Made by a program: the position numbers and the translations under genes. The notes below the pieces were generated by a model. It did not search any database. It worked only from the letters and a program-made list of their open reading frames with translations, and had not been told where the DNA came from. Shown here piece by piece: positions 24,069 to 38,046 of a DNA stretch of 64,000 nucleotides (its first letter is position 1; each line of letters opens with the position of its first letter). The stretch is from Mobula hypostoma (taxonomy: Eukaryota). The stretch is from contig NC_086111.1 in assembly GCF_963921235.1 (NCBI RefSeq), positions 28,458,001 to 28,522,000 of the forward strand. The letters run 5' to 3'.

Positions 24069-25197
24069 TTGATTTGTTTATCTGCATCATTGGTATGTCT
24101 TTTTAGTGTATAGGAATTGTACCTATGTTTTTGGAAATCCTTTGTGCTTTGTGATTTAGAAATGGTTAGTAATTTGGAAATGTTTTAAATAGAAATTCTC
24201 TGTGAGCTTTAAATGTGTTTTGAGAATATTGTTTGGATTTCAATGTGTAACATTGTAAATAAATGAACTATGTCTTAAACAACTTTGTTAGCTGTGAGTA
24301 TCTTCTACTTGGTAGGGAGATGGGACCTACCACTCAAATAGTGGGTATTGGCAGCTAAATTTGCTGTGTAGAATAGACTGGGAAGTGAACTAGTCTTTCA
24401 AGATTGGGTAGTTCAGCTGAGTTTTGAACTTCATGGTCAACAAGTCTAATACCATCAAAAAGGGCTGGAGATCCCATTCATTTGACTGGAGATGAGGTGA
24501 GAAAATGAGCATCTTAATCAATGTTTCATTATATATTTGTGCATCAGTGATTTAATCTTTCTCTAAAAATTTTCAATTATTTAAATCAACCTTAGTTTTT
24601 TTTTCAAAATCCTTTGAGTTATTAAGACCTAATGAGCCAACAGGAGGTTCTGAGCTATGTCCAATCAATGGCTGACAGAGTACCTTGGGGAGCAGGGGCT
24701 CAGTGGTGTACCTCTTATCACCAACTTCTCATTCCCTCTAGGTATAACAGTCTACGCTTTCAGCCTTCTATGTGTGACCAAATTAAATGCAGACAGGCAG
24801 GGTTCCCAACACTTTTTCTCATCCTGCTTGATCTGCTCAAATGTTAGTATGTTAACCCTAGGTTTGGGCACAAGGCAAACATGTCCCTGGCAGGTCCTTC
24901 AAGATAATGGAGAACAAATAATGGCATTACCACTTTCCTCTCTCCTCTAAAAAAACAGATGTTGCAAGGAATGCTAGTGTTTACTGTCCATTTGTTGGCA
25001 AAAAGCAATTTAATTAAAATCATCTAAAGAAAACAACATGCATCAAGATTAATGAGCAACATAGTAATCACTGGTAAGGAGATTTCTCAGGTGCTTCAAT
25101 CACCAAGCTCCTCAAACTCATGACAGATGAATAGAGATGAGGCAGAGGATTACAAAAATATCACAAAACTGAGATACACAGAGTTCATAGACCATAA

Positions 25198-25310
25198 GGC
25201 CTGAAATGTTGCCTATACTCTTTTCCATAGATACTGCCAGGCCTGCTGAGTTCCTGCAGCATTTTGTATGTGTTGCTTGGATTTCCAGCATCTGCAGGTT
25301 TTCTCTTATT
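25198..25310 (+). mobile_element. Solo Penelope pLTR 3' half
   Basis: GGCCTGAAATGTTG...CCATAGATACTGCC..CCTGCTGAGTTCC...TTTCCAGCATCTGCAG. Confidence 0.75.
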
Positions 25311-25629
25311 TATGAAGGGTAAAATCCTGTCAGGTTTCCAACAGCAACTGAACACTATCCAGGCTATAGCATTTGATCAATTCCCAGTCTCAGGAGTTTT
25401 ATCTGGAGCTTTGACAGAGTGCTGCTTATTCATTTGAAGTACAATGCTTCTGACAACAGGAGCTTCAAAATGTCCGGTGGATGGTCATAAAAAAACAAGA
25501 CTTCACTGTATTAACTGGAGATTATTAAAGGAGATAAACCAAAACACAATCGATGCCAGAAATTGAAAATAAATGCCAAAAAAACACAAATTCTCAGTAA
25601 ACCAGGCAACTATTGTAAGATGAGGAATA

Positions 25630-26010
25630 GTTCAATGGTTCCATTTAATGTTAGATAATTGAACAATATACAACCTGAATTCTTACTCAGCACAGACATC
25701 CATGAAAATAGAAGACTACCCCAAAGAATGAGTGGCAGTAAAACATTAGAACCCAAAGCTCCCCCTACTCCCCCCTCCCACATACAAGCAGTAGTAAAGC
25801 ATCAACCCCTCTCCCCTCCATCTCTTCAGCCAAAAGCATCAGCACCCAACACCCACCAAGCAAGTGATAAGGAAGTCCCCAAGAAAGACCACGATCTGCA
25901 GTACAACAAAAAAAAAATCAATCACACAACTATTCATTCTCTCTCCCTCTCAAAGGGGCAAAGAGGTGTCACTCAGCAGGAGGGGAGACTAACAAGACAA
26001 AAAAATATCT
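25630..26010 (-). repeat. Retroposon tail related to 4600-4925
   Basis: Shares GGATGT.TGTG...TGTATATTGT...ACATTAAAT..AACC with the 4.8-4.9 kb copy, on the opposite strand. Confidence 0.5.
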
Positions 26011-26322
26011 TTTACTGTGATATATTTCAGAGTAGAAAAGATTGATAACTTGTGATCATGCTTTCATTTAGCCAAGTTAAGCCAAATAACAACTTTCAAC
26101 TCAGCTCAAACACCAGGATTGGACACTCTTGATCAAATTCCCCTATTGTATCTATTAACAAACTCTGTCGCACCAGCACTCATTTTGATTCAGCCCCCAT
26201 AGTATCATAATGAACCACAACTGAGGTTCCACACCACCCTGGTTGTTGGGGGATTGGACAGTTGTTGCTCGTTTACCAACCTTTCACAAGTGGACTTCAA
26301 ACAATATGCTTCTTAGCAAGTC

Positions 26323-27016
26323 CAGACATCCCACCTCTCCCAGAAGTTCCGGGAGTCTCCCGCATATTAATAGTGGCTCCCTGATGCCCGCAAATTATAT
26401 ATAGTATCACGGAAATCAATTTTTTTGAGAGTGAGTGAGAGAAAAGCAAGCGAGAGCAGGAGAGCGACCACAAGAGAGAGAGAGCGAGAGAGCGAGCGAG
26501 CGAGAAAGCAAACCAGAGTGCGCGAGCGACCACGAGAGCAAGAGAGAGAGAGAGAGAGAGCGAGCGAGAGAGTGAGGGAGAGAGAGAGAGACAGCAAGAA
26601 AGCAAGAGAGAGCGAGCAAGAAAGCAAGCGAGAGCGCTTGAGAGCGTGCGAGTGACCTCGAGAGAAAGAGAGCGCGCCATGGCAGGGTGTTCCAAAAAAT
26701 TATAAAACATACGTCACCCCCGACTACCCTAAAGTGTACCCCTGCCTAATAGGGGTCAAAATAATGACAGTGTTGCTCGCTGCACTGTTTGCAACTGTGA
26801 CTTTTCTATTGCCCATGGTGAGTTAAGACTGTAAAAGACATGCTGAGGTGAGTTTAACAGGTGTCATTCATTCATTAGCATAGCTAACGTTACTTAGACT
26901 AGCTGGCTGCCTGCGAAGGAGCTACTCTATTGCAGACATCCTACCTCTCCCGGAAGTCTCCCGCAAATTGATGGTGCTACCTCCCTGATACGAGTTTTTG
27001 CAGGGCGGGATGTCTG
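26323..27016. mobile_element. Non-autonomous hAT-like DNA transposon with 6-bp TSD, copy 1
   Basis: TIR CAGACATCCC(A/G)CC; TSD CAAGTC (26317-26322 and 27017-27022); internal GA/GAGC microsatellite; near-identical to 40558-41249. Confidence 0.9.
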
Positions 27017-27614
27017 CAAGTCCCCCACCTCCCATAAAAAATTGTTGTTAATTAACAGAATAGTACTTTATCTAGTTTGTTGCTGAAAGATTAAAAGAAA
27101 TTGTAAACCATACTAATCTATGATGAAAACAAAATCTCTAAATCTTGTCAAACATACATGCATAATCAGTACCAGCAGCATGTGCTGCTGCAAAAATGTT
27201 GTTTCTATGGTGACTATTAACACATGGCATTTCTGATCTGCATGAAAATATGTCTATATGTGCACACATATATTAAAGAGCAGCATCCTGAATTTGCAAG
27301 GATTGGCAGCGAGTTTCCAGTTTAACTGCATAAACAGTTTCTTCCTGTAGCTTTTACAAAGGTTTCTATGACCAGGTAAATTATTTTAATCTAATGAGCT
27401 ATTGGTTGGGGTGGGGGCAGTGAGCAAGAAGGATAGGTTTAGGTTCACAGTAATGGGAAGTTCCAATTCAAAGTCAAGCACAACATAGATGTTGAATTAG
27501 AGCATTGAACATCATTCATGTGGCATTACTTGGCTCCTTTTGACAACCAGTTATTCAGCTGTGGAGGGAGGAGCAAGGACCAACTCAGACAAAGCCATGT
27601 GATTGAAGACACAA

Positions 27615-27935
27615 ATATAAGAATTGTGAGTGACAAACAATCTCAATAAGTCAAGCAGTATCTATTTAGGGAAAGAGGAACCAGGTCAAAACCCTGCATC
27701 AGGACTATCCAAAGTTGTCAAAATGTTGGAGAGCATGCATGATCCCTCAGATGTAAGTGGGAAGGGACTGGACAAGGAGAGACAGGATAAGGTCAAGATA
27801 GAGGAGATAAGTTCAGCAGGTGGAAATAATGGACACACAAGCATGGTCCTGATGCAGGATTTCAACACAAAACATTTACAATTTCCTTCTCTCCACAGAT
27901 ACTGCTTGACCCATTGGGTTCCTCCCACAGATTGT
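27615..27935. mobile_element. Inverted pair of Penelope pLTR remnants
   Basis: Minus-strand pLTR (~27620-27710, ACCCTGCATCAGGACT) and plus-strand pLTR (~27845-27935, GTCCTGATGCAGG). Confidence 0.6.
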
Positions 27936-28462
27936 TAGGCCATGCAATTGCTTTGGTTTGTATTTCATTTGATTCCTTTTCTATATCTTAGTTCTATGTC
28001 AACATATAAAGAGTTGTCACTTGCCCAAACCAAAAGTTATTGAAGTTGAAATGGTTAAATAGCTTAGACAGGTTGCAGATACTTTATTGGGATTTCAAAA
28101 AGATTGAGGAGCTGATATAACTGAGCTATTTAAAATAATTGAGGAACCTGATAAAATGAATAAAAATTATTTGTTCCCAGTAGAAAATAGAGCACAACAT
28201 GAGAGCTAAGTCACTTTGGAACAAAGTCCGATAGCTAATCTTCTCATAAAGAGTAGGAAACAACTGAAAATGATGTCCACAGAGAAAACACGGCTGAGTT
28301 ATGGGATCAGTTAAAATTTTCAAGATAGCAATCAGAACGGGGAAATAGAGTTGGCATTGAAAGCAGCAATGAACTAACTGAATGAAGAGAGAGGATGATA
28401 GGCCTAATCTTGCCCTGTAGAAAACGATACCTGGACCTCAAATAAAGACCGAGCTTAAAAAT

Positions 28463-28706
28463 ACAAACACAAGAAAATCTGCGGATCCTGGAAATCCAAG
28501 CAACACACACAAAATGCTGGAGGAACTCAGCAGGCCAGGCAGCTTCTGTGAAAAGGAGTAAACAGTCGATGTTTCAGGCTGTTTCAGGCTACTTCATGCC
28601 ACATTTCGACACGAGTCCTGTTGAATGGTCTAGGCCTGAAATATCAACTGTTTACTCTTTTCCATAGATGCTGCTTGGCTTGCTGAGTTCCTAAAGCATT
28701 TGGGGT
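28463..28706. mobile_element. Fold-back Penelope pLTR pair
   Basis: Inverted arms of ~70 bp (28505-28580 versus 28633-28705), both pLTR sequence, around a short spacer. Confidence 0.85.
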
Positions 28707-29521
28707 GAGAAGCTTAAAAACATATTGGATTGTGCTTCTAATAGTGTCAAAATGTAAAATAATCTGTGGTAGGTTTAAGGAGGCACCTAAGGGTTAACAG
28801 GGATTTGTGACTATATTTTTACTGCTTCTCCACAAGACGGAGGAATTTATTTACATTAATGGCAAACTCCACAATCTGTTCTGAGGTCAAATAAAGAATG
28901 ATTGAATTTGCATAGTCTGCAAACAGTCAGAATCAGTTGACCCCAGAGTAAGAATGCAAGAGAAGCAGAAGAGCAGCATTTCACAAATCCCAAATCAATC
29001 TAGATGCTTGGCAAGAAGATGCTCAGTAACTCCAGCAAGATGTAAAAATAGCCTGTAGCAAGTGTACTTTTGATGGGCTAATCCACTACTTATCAACAAG
29101 AGACTGTAATCAAAAGATTATCCTATGCACTGGATTTATATGCGCAAAAAATATTTCACAATAACTATACTGCTCAATTGAATCAGGAATGTTATTAAAG
29201 CAAACCGCCTGTCTTAATAAATTGCCCATTTTAGCAATTTAATCACAAAAGACTATTTTTATGTTATTCTTTTTATTGAACAGTTTTGCAGAGCCTTTCA
29301 AGCATTGGTGCATTAAATCATTTTCTCAATAGGTATATCATCACAATTTGCTTCCTTTGCATCATCAGTTCACAGAACTTCAGTGTTTACTGGAGGAGTG
29401 TGGGGAAATTAAAATAATATATATCTGAGGTGAAGGGAGAGGTCGATGGGATTTAATTGAAGCCATTTCGGAATATTTGATCCTGCCATTAGGCATCCCA
29501 ATAGAGCCCATTACCAGAGTA

Positions 29522-29612
29522 ATGCACACAAAATGCTGGAGGAACTCAGTAGGTCAGGCATCATCTATGGAAAGGAATAAAAAGTTAATAATTCAGGTCA
29601 AGATCCTTCATC
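29522..29612 (-). mobile_element. Solo Penelope pLTR
   Basis: CACACAAAATGCTGGAGGAACTCAG..GGCATCATCTATGGAAAGG...CCTTCATCAG. Confidence 0.75.
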
Positions 29613-29636
29613 AGCAATCCATTGCATTTGGTTTTA

Positions 29637-29664
29637 ACTCTCTCTCTCTCTCTCTCTCTCTCTC
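29637..29664. repeat. (CT)n microsatellite
   Basis: Direct dinucleotide run. Confidence 0.95.
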
Positions 29665-30047
29665 CCATGCACAATTAGTATCAAAAGAACATTTATTATG
29701 ACAGAGTAAATCTTCCTTTCAGCTACACTCCTTGCAAGTGTCAAAGGAGCACTATGACATCCTCCATCCTCCAAAATCAAACATTTTTCTGCATTTAGAA
29801 TCCATTATACTAATCAAAGTTCTCAAGTATTTTACACTTCCTACTCAAGCCTGGGCTATATATAGCCAGGTTATGCAGAGGATCACACCAAAAGTTCTCA
29901 ATAATTAAGCAACTATGTTGCCACAGTTTTTTTTTGTTAGTTACTCATTTCTTGGGTATGAGAATCATCGGCAAGGCCAATGTTGATTGGTTGGTCCACT
30001 GTCTTGAATCTCTGTGGTCTTTCTAGTGATTGCACTCCTACCACATT

Positions 30048-31125
30048 GTTCAAAGTTCAAAATAATTTTATTATCTAAGTACACATATGTTACCATATAC
30101 TACCTTGAGATTCACTTTCTTGCAGCTACAGGAAAATAAAGAAATACAATAGACTTTTATGAAAACATTGCAGGGAGTGATAACTAATGTGCAAAAGGAG
30201 ACAAACTATGCAAGTAAAATTAATTCTGATTACACGAGTTGTAAAATTCCTTGGAAGTGAGTCTATAGGTCACATTATCAGCTATTCATGCTACTTCAAG
30301 AGTTTGACGATTGTAGAATAACCCTTCCTGAACCTGGTGGTGTGGATCCTAAGGTTCCTGTACCTCCTACTTGATGGTAGTAATGAGAAGACTGCATGGC
30401 TGGGTGATGGGGGTCTTTGATGATAGATGATGCTTTCTTGTGGTGCGCTCCAGGCAAATGTATGCATTGGTGGGGAGGCTTTGCCAGTGATAGACTGGAC
30501 TGTTTCGACCATGTTCTGTAGTCTGTTTCATTCCTGTATATTCATATTTCCATAGTAGGCCATGATGCAACCAATTAGAATACTCTCCACTGCGCATCTG
30601 TGGAAGTTTGTCAAAGTTTTTAGTGACATGGTGAATCCACAGAAACTTCTAAAAATGTGGAAGCACTGCAATCCCTTCTTTGTGATGGTACTTACATGCT
30701 GGTACCAGGGCAGATCGTCTGATACTTTAACACTAAGAAACTTAAAGCTACTTTCCCCACCACCTCCGTTCTCCTAATAAGGACTGGCTCATGGACCTCT
30801 GGCTTCTTCCTCCTGTAATCAGCTCTTTGGTTTACTGATGTTGAGTGAGAGATTGTGTTGAGGTACACTGAACCAGATTTTCAATCTCTCTCCTATCTGC
30901 TGATTGATCATCACTTTTGATTTAGCCAACAACAACCGTATCATTAGCAAACTTAACTATGACTCTGGAGCTGTGCTAAGCCACTCAATCATAAGTCTCA
31001 AGTGAATAGAGCAGGGAGTTAAGCACACAGGCCTGTGGTTCACCTGTGCTGACGGTGATTGTGGAGGAGACGTTGTTGCCAATCCCCATTAACCGGGGTC
31101 TGCAAATGAGAAAATCGATCCAGTT
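30048..31125 (-). mobile_element. Rex1/Babar LINE 3' fragment
   Basis: [17 protein letters not shown] (RT) and HAVFSLLPSSRRYRNLRIHTTRFR (C-terminus); (TTGAACT)-type tail. Confidence 0.9.
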
Positions 31126-31667
31126 GCACACAGAGTTGAGTGGGAGGTCCAGAGCAAGGAGACAGCAAAAAAGAATGGTGATATATTGACTCCTATTCAT
31201 TTAGGTTGCCACATTCCGGACTGTGTCATGCTTCAATTGTTCTTCAAGCTACACACTCCTATAGAAGTAGAGAATATCCATCATACTCTGGACTTGCATT
31301 TTGTAGCTGGGGGTGTGTCGCTGCTACAGGTAAATTTCCAGTTAAATGCGTCCCTGATGGACATTAATGGTGGGAGGTTAGGTAATGACAACACAACTTA
31401 ACAGAGTAGAGGTGTTAGGTTCTTCCTCGTCAGGGATGATCACTGACTGGCAATCTGATGATATGAATACTCCACGACTGAATGATGTCTCCATCTTGCT
31501 GCATAGGGTACAGCACTGTCTCATATCATTCACAAAGGCAGGATAATTAGAGAATTGCCAGAAATGTGGATATTAGAGTAAAGTGCTACAGGGGTAAAAG
31601 ATCTAACTGAGAGATAGAGCAATCACAAGGGGTTGAATAGCCAACTCCTGCTTCTACTTGTGTTGTT

Positions 31668-33232
31668 AACATAGCACAGAACAGCACAGGAACAGGCTCT
31701 TTGACTCATAATGTTGTACTGAAACAAATAGATTAGCAATCAAATGGCCATCTAAACTAATCTCATATCAAGTCGAAGTTCAGTTTATTGTCATTCAACT
31801 GTACACATGTATACCGCCAAACGAAACAATGGTCCTCCAGACCAAGGTGCCTAGCACAGTACTTATAACTCATACACATAACACCACAGATATTATCACA
31901 AATAAGAAGTGGCATTGTATATACAATGCAAGTTTTAAAAAAAGTAAAGAGTATAATGCTACTGGTGCTTCATACGTGATGAGACCTGGGTGGTGGCAGT
32001 GAGGTCAGTAGTCTCACAGCTTGGGGGAAGAAGTTGATTCCCATCCTAATAGTTCTTGACCTAATGCTACAGTACCTCTACCTACATAATGTTAATATCC
32101 TTCCATTTTCCGTACATCCATGGGCCAACCTAAATGCCTCTTAAACATCCCTATTATATCTGCCCCTACCACCACCTCAGGCAGCGCATGCCAAGCATCC
32201 ACCACACTCAGAGTAAAAAACTTGCCCCTCACTTCTCCTTTGAAATTACCCCTTATCGTCTTAAATGCATGCCCTCTGGTATTAGACATTTCAACCCTGG
32301 AAAAAAATATCTGTCTGCTCCTTCTATGCCTCTCATAATCTTATAAACCTCTACCAGATCTCCCTTCAACCTCTGCCACTCTAGAGAAAACGACCCAAGA
32401 TTGTTCAACCTCTCATTATAGCACCTGCCCTGTAATCCGGGCAGCATCCTTGTAAACCTCCTCTACACCCTCTTCATACCTTGACATCCTTCCTAAAATG
32501 TGGCAGCCAGCATTATATGCAATACTTCAGATGCAATCTAACTGGAGCTTTATAAGCTGCAACATAACTTTGTGACTTTTGAACTCAGTGCCTCAACTAA
32601 TAAAGGCAAGCATGCCATATGCCTTCTTTACCTCCATATCAATCTGTGTTGTCCCTTTCAGGGAGCTGTGAACTTGGACCCCAAGATCCCTCTGTTCTGT
32701 TAAGGATCTGTCTCTTTACATTTCTCCTACAAAGGTGCAACACTTCACATTTGCCTGGGTTAAACTCCATCTGCCATTTCTCAAACCATATCCGTAACTG
32801 ATCTATATCTGACTGTATTCTTTGCTAGTCTTCTACGCTATCCACAACACCACCAATCTTCAAAGCATCTGCACACTTGCTGACTTACCCCTCTGCATTC
32901 TCAGCCAGGTCATTTGTTTTCACACAAGCAGAAGAGGTCCCATTACAGACCCTACAGAACACCACTAATCATAGATTTTCAGCTGGAATAAGTCCTTCGA
33001 CCACTAACCTCTATCTTCTATGGGCAAGACAGTTCTGAGTCCAATCTGACAATTCACCATTGATCCATGCGTCTTAATCTTTTGGATGAGCATTCCCGAG
33101 GAAACTTGTCAAATGCCTTCTTAAAATCTATGTAGATAACAAACACAGCTCGAGCTTCATCAATCACCCACATCACCTTGTCAAAAAATTCGATCAAGTT
33201 GAAAATTCTCTGCAGTAACTTGCCTACCATTG
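31668..33232 (-). mobile_element. CR1 LINE fragment with a nested Rex1 tail (31766-32078)
   Basis: IDFKKAFDK, FSLEWQRLKGDLVEVYKIMRG and TRGHAFK motifs; the CR1 3' UTR resumes after the Rex1-type insert. Confidence 0.85.
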
Positions 33233-34330
33233 ACATAAGACCATTAGTGACAGGAACAGAATTCAGCTATTCGGCCCATCGATTCTACTCTGCCATTTCA
33301 TCATGGCTATGCCATTCTCCTGCCTTCACGCCAAAACCTTTCATGCCCTGACGAATCAAGATCCTATCAAATTCAACCTTAAATATACCTAATGACCCGG
33401 CCTCCAAACAATTTCCACAGATTCTCTATGCTCTGGCTAAAGGAATTTCTCCTCATCTCTTTTCTAAATGGACATACCTCTATTTAGAGGCTGTGTCTTA
33501 GATTTCCCCACTTTTGGAAACATCCTCTGCAAATCCACTCTATCTAGGCCTGTCAACATTCGATAGGTTTCAATGAGATCCACCCCACTAAATTTCAGCA
33601 AATGCAGGCACAAAGCCATCAAATGCTTCTCGTATGAAAACATTTTCATTCCCAGAATCATTCTCGTGAACTTCCTCTGAACCCTCTCCAATGTAATCAC
33701 ATCTCTTTTTAGATAAGGAGCCCAAAACTGCTCACAATACACCAAGTGAAGCCTCACTAGTGCCTTATAAAGCATTACATCCTTGCTTTTATATTCTAAT
33801 TCTCTTGAAAAGAATACTAACATAGCATTTGCTTTCCTCACCATCGACTCAACCTGCAAGTTAATCTTTAAAAATTTCTGCACGAGGACTTCCAGATCTC
33901 TTTGCACCTTGGGTTTTGAATTTTCTTCCCATTTAGAAAATAGTCTATGGTCTTGTTCCTTTCACCAAAGTACATCACCATACACTTCCCGACACTGTAT
34001 TCCATCTGCCACTTCTTTGCACATTCTCCTAATCTGTCTAAGTCCTTCTGCAACCTCTCTGCTTCCTCAACACTACCTGTCCCTCCAAGTATCTTTGTAT
34101 CATCTGCAAACTTGGCCACAAAGCCATCAATTCTATCATCAAATCATTGACATATAATGTAAAAGGAGACACCCCCAATTTTAAAAGCTTCCCAATCTTC
34201 TAACTTCCCAATAATTTTTACTCTGTTATATGCCCTTTCCTTTACTTTTATGCTGTTTTTGACTTCTATTGTCATCTACATTTGCTATATCCTGCCTTTA
34301 GAATACTACTACTTCTTTGGAATGCATCTA
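33233..34330 (-). mobile_element. CR1 LINE fragment (RT C-terminal half)
   Basis: AKFADDTK, LQKDLDRL..KWQMEYSVGKC and LYKALVRLHLVYCEQFWAPY. Confidence 0.9.
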
Positions 34331-35679
34331 TCCTGTCCCTGTTGTATACGAGTTGTGGTCACTGTTCTCTAACTGCTTATCCACTGAAAGGTTGGTCACC
34401 CAGCCAGGTTCATTACCCAGTACCAGTTCAGTACAGCCCCTCTTCATGTTGGGCTATCTAGATATTAATTTTAAAAACCCTCCTGAATGGACCTAACAAA
34501 ATCTGCCCCATCTAAACCCCATACACCAAGAAGGTTCCAGTTTATAATAGGGAAGTTGAAGGCCCCTGTGACAATAACCCCATTGTTTTTACACCTTTCC
34601 TTAATCCTCAGTGTCCTGGTGGTTATTGGCGTGAATAAAAATTAACATCGCACAACCTTCAAGAAACTCCTCCAAGTCTGACTTCAGAAAAAAAGGATAG
34701 CCAATCATGAAGCAGCTGAATACAGCTGGGTCTAGGACCCTGCCCTGGATGAACTCAGATTTACTTATCGCATTGTGCCAACATAGCATGCCCACAATGC
34801 TCGGAAGATCAACACAAAAGACAACAAAATGGAACACAACAAACAACAACAACAAAACACGCCCCTTCCCTCTCTCCCATCCTTCCACCCACCCACACAC
34901 ACTTTCGGGTTTCCAGGCTGTGGCCATTGGACTACACCCTCCAGATTTCTGATCGACCTTTGGAATTCAACATCTAAAAGGTGGTGACTATATTACATTT
35001 CTGCAAAGCAAAATTGGCACACAACAATTCTGATCAAATCAGAATCACAACATGGATATGCATGGACACGGAAAGAATACTGCCTTCAAATTTAAAGTTC
35101 GGCTGCAGTCATTTAAAACTTCAAGAAAAGCATCATGTCCTGATAATTAGTGAATGCGACTTCGGTGGGAAACACTGTTACTGTAGTAAAAACGGAAAAC
35201 ACTGGAAATTCTGAGGAGGCTAGGCAGCATCTCAGTACATGAAACTGTAAACGGTTCAAGTTAAATATCTTTCTTTAGAACTGGGAAAGAAAGGCATTTC
35301 TTTCTCAGTGGAAGCTGCCCAACAGTGAGCGTTTGCAGCATTTTCTCACCGTTTTTTAATGATTTCCAACAAGTGCAGGTTTTTGATCTTCATTTTTGCT
35401 TCAATTTCTTTCCAGATTTTTTACATATTTCCAAGCCCTAAACATTTGCATTCTGCATTCCTGGGCCCATATAAGAAAGCTGAGGAAAGAGTTCTGATGC
35501 AGCGTCAATCATGGTGAATAATAAAGCCTTGTTGCTTTATGATAGATTAAGTTAGTATGTTGCAAAGAGGTCAAGAGCTTGCATATGATATGCTGAGTAG
35601 AGCATTATCCATGAATAGGAAGATGAGTGAAAATAGTGCCTCAAGGAGTGATGGGTAGCGATGAACTTTCTTCTCTGTC

Positions 35680-36090
35680 ACACACAGCTAATTTTGGTGT
35701 CGTACATAAACCATACCGCCTATATTCTCATCGAAGTATGACAAACAACGGTGGAGCCCGCACCACTCCTTCCACCACACCACTGTTTACAGGCCTTCAG
35801 CCTGATAAACACTCTCCTCTACCACAACCTGACTCCTTAAACCAAAATAGTTTTGGTATCCAATAGGCTGGCTCATCCTGGAGCCCATGGAATCTGATCT
35901 TCTGACCAACTTACCATGTAGGACCTTGTCAAACTTCTTGTCAAAAGGTTCATGTAGACAATATGTACTACCCTACCCTAGTCAATCTTCCTCGACACTT
36001 CTCCAAATTTGTGAGACACAATTTCCCACACACCGGGGCATGCAGTCTGCTCCGTCAATAGCCTTTAACTATCTCTATCCAACCTGCTCA
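35680..36090 (-). mobile_element. Old CR1 RT fragment
   Basis: Degenerate GSVLGP-like and FDKV segments on the minus strand, homologous to 32850-33200. Confidence 0.55.
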
Positions 36091-36831
36091 TAAGCTCTCA
36101 AGGAGGTGCCAGTAGAGTAATCTGGTACTGTGTGGTTTATGTGTTCTCTTTGGATCACCTAGGTTTCCACCCTGATGCTCTGACTTTCTATCACGTCCCA
36201 AAGACATGACGGCTATTTGTTTAATTTCTTCTGGCGCGGGTGGGTACTGGCAGAAATGTAGGGAACTGTTTTTGAGGGATATGAGAAGACATAACAGGCA
36301 ATGGGCTCCATCTAATCATCAATATAAACTCAAGGAGACAAATTAACTCTATATTATGAAAGAAAATGGAAACCCCAGCTTCTTCAGACAGTCCACATAA
36401 CTGAGCCCTTTATCCCTGAAATAAGTTTAGTAAATCAGTTGCAGCCACCCCAAATCTGCTAAAGCCTTTACACTCGTCCTAAATGGTGGCATCCAGAAGT
36501 GGACCCAATACTCCAAATGTGGCTGTGCCAGAATTTCTTTAAGTTTCATTAAGACACCCTAGTTCCCTCTTCATGTCTTTATGTGTGGACTATTATCCAC
36601 TTTCTCACATTGTACTGCCACTGATCTATGCCATTGTTTGAACCTTGCAAGATCAGACAGGAAATGCTCTTATCAGATGACTAGAGGGGGTGACCACTAA
36701 CACTGGACATGAATGATAAAAACTGGTTTTACCAGCAACGTTCACATCACAAGAATAAATTTCAAAACTGTCAGACAACATTTGTGAAAATCCATAACAA
36801 ATGCTTGGAGTAACCAGGAATTATTCTAAAG

Positions 36832-36910
36832 CAGGTTTTCCCCACCTGGGGTGCACAGACACCTCAGCTAATGGTAGGAATCCATGGCATAAAAAGGCTG
36901 GGGACCCCTG
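36832..36910. mobile_element. 79-bp hAT MITE with perfect 8-bp TSD
   Basis: CAGGTTTTCCCCACC ... GGCTGGGGACCCCTG, flanked by TTCTAAAG at 36824-36831 and 36911-36918. Confidence 0.85.
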
Positions 36911-38046
36911 TTCTAAAGGCATAACTACGAGAAAGGGAAGTTTTGTGACGGTAGAGAACCTGGGAATACAAACAAAATTTACAAACTCCAAGAGAAGGAA
37001 CCATATCTAACCCATCCATTTACATTATGATAGAGATTAGAGAAAGGTTTCAAAAATGACTGTTCAAAAAAATAACAGGCTTAAATGGTGATGAGATATG
37101 CAGTGGTGGGGGCAACTTGGAATTTGGAAGTGATTTCTTGATCACATATGTTGTCACAATAAATGCCTTGCTCTGTATCTATTGAAAGATAATACAGAGG
37201 CCTTGGAGGAAGAGATTCATTTGCAGCTCAAGGAGGCATGGCCATATTAACTTCTAGCACCTTCATTAAAAGAGTTACTTCACTATAGCTCGAAGAATAG
37301 TATAATGACACAGACAACTCTGCAAGCCACTTAGGTGAAAGAATGAAGGCAGAGTTTGTGTGTTTACTAATAACAGCTACATTTCTTTATGTCATGAGCA
37401 TCAAGTCCCTGATCTTTGACAATGAGCTTAGGATACGACTGAAGCAAGTCCAAAGGACATGAAACTTTAGGTAGAATACATTTCTGAATATTCAAGATAA
37501 TTACAGAGCTGCTTGTTTCCACAAAGTATGCCAGTCCAATACTGAGGAAAGAATTGATACATATTTAGATCCAGACTTTCCTTCTTCCAGAAAAATAATG
37601 TCCCCATTTAATCAAAGATTGGAAAGTTGTATCTAACAGCCAGAAGATCCAATAAAATTCAGGGTGTGGTGCACATGGCAGATTTCTCCCTGAGAAAATG
37701 CTCCAAATTGCAACATTCACTGGTTTGGTGTTTTGTATCTTCAATTATAATTAATGCTATTAAGTAGATAATTACTGTAATGAAAGCTCACATATCACAC
37801 AACAGTGTCTGCTATTAATTTTATTTTTAACATGCAGAACAAAATTTCTGCAGTGCATAGATTTACTACAGATCAATTAGTTCATGATTTTATTGGATGT
37901 TTCTATTTTATGGGTATCCAACACCATCCAAAAGTAATTATATCCAGCACAATTATATATAATGAGGTGTCCAGGGAAGGGTAGCATTTCTGTTGAAGGG
38001 GCTTGTCATGTCCATTCCCACAGATGGAAAGATGTTAGCAAGAATG

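Noticed and set aside
26297-26710. Leu/Ser- or Arg/Glu-rich ORFs (also 40394-41059)
   Set aside because: Translations of the GA/GAGC microsatellite inside the DNA transposon.
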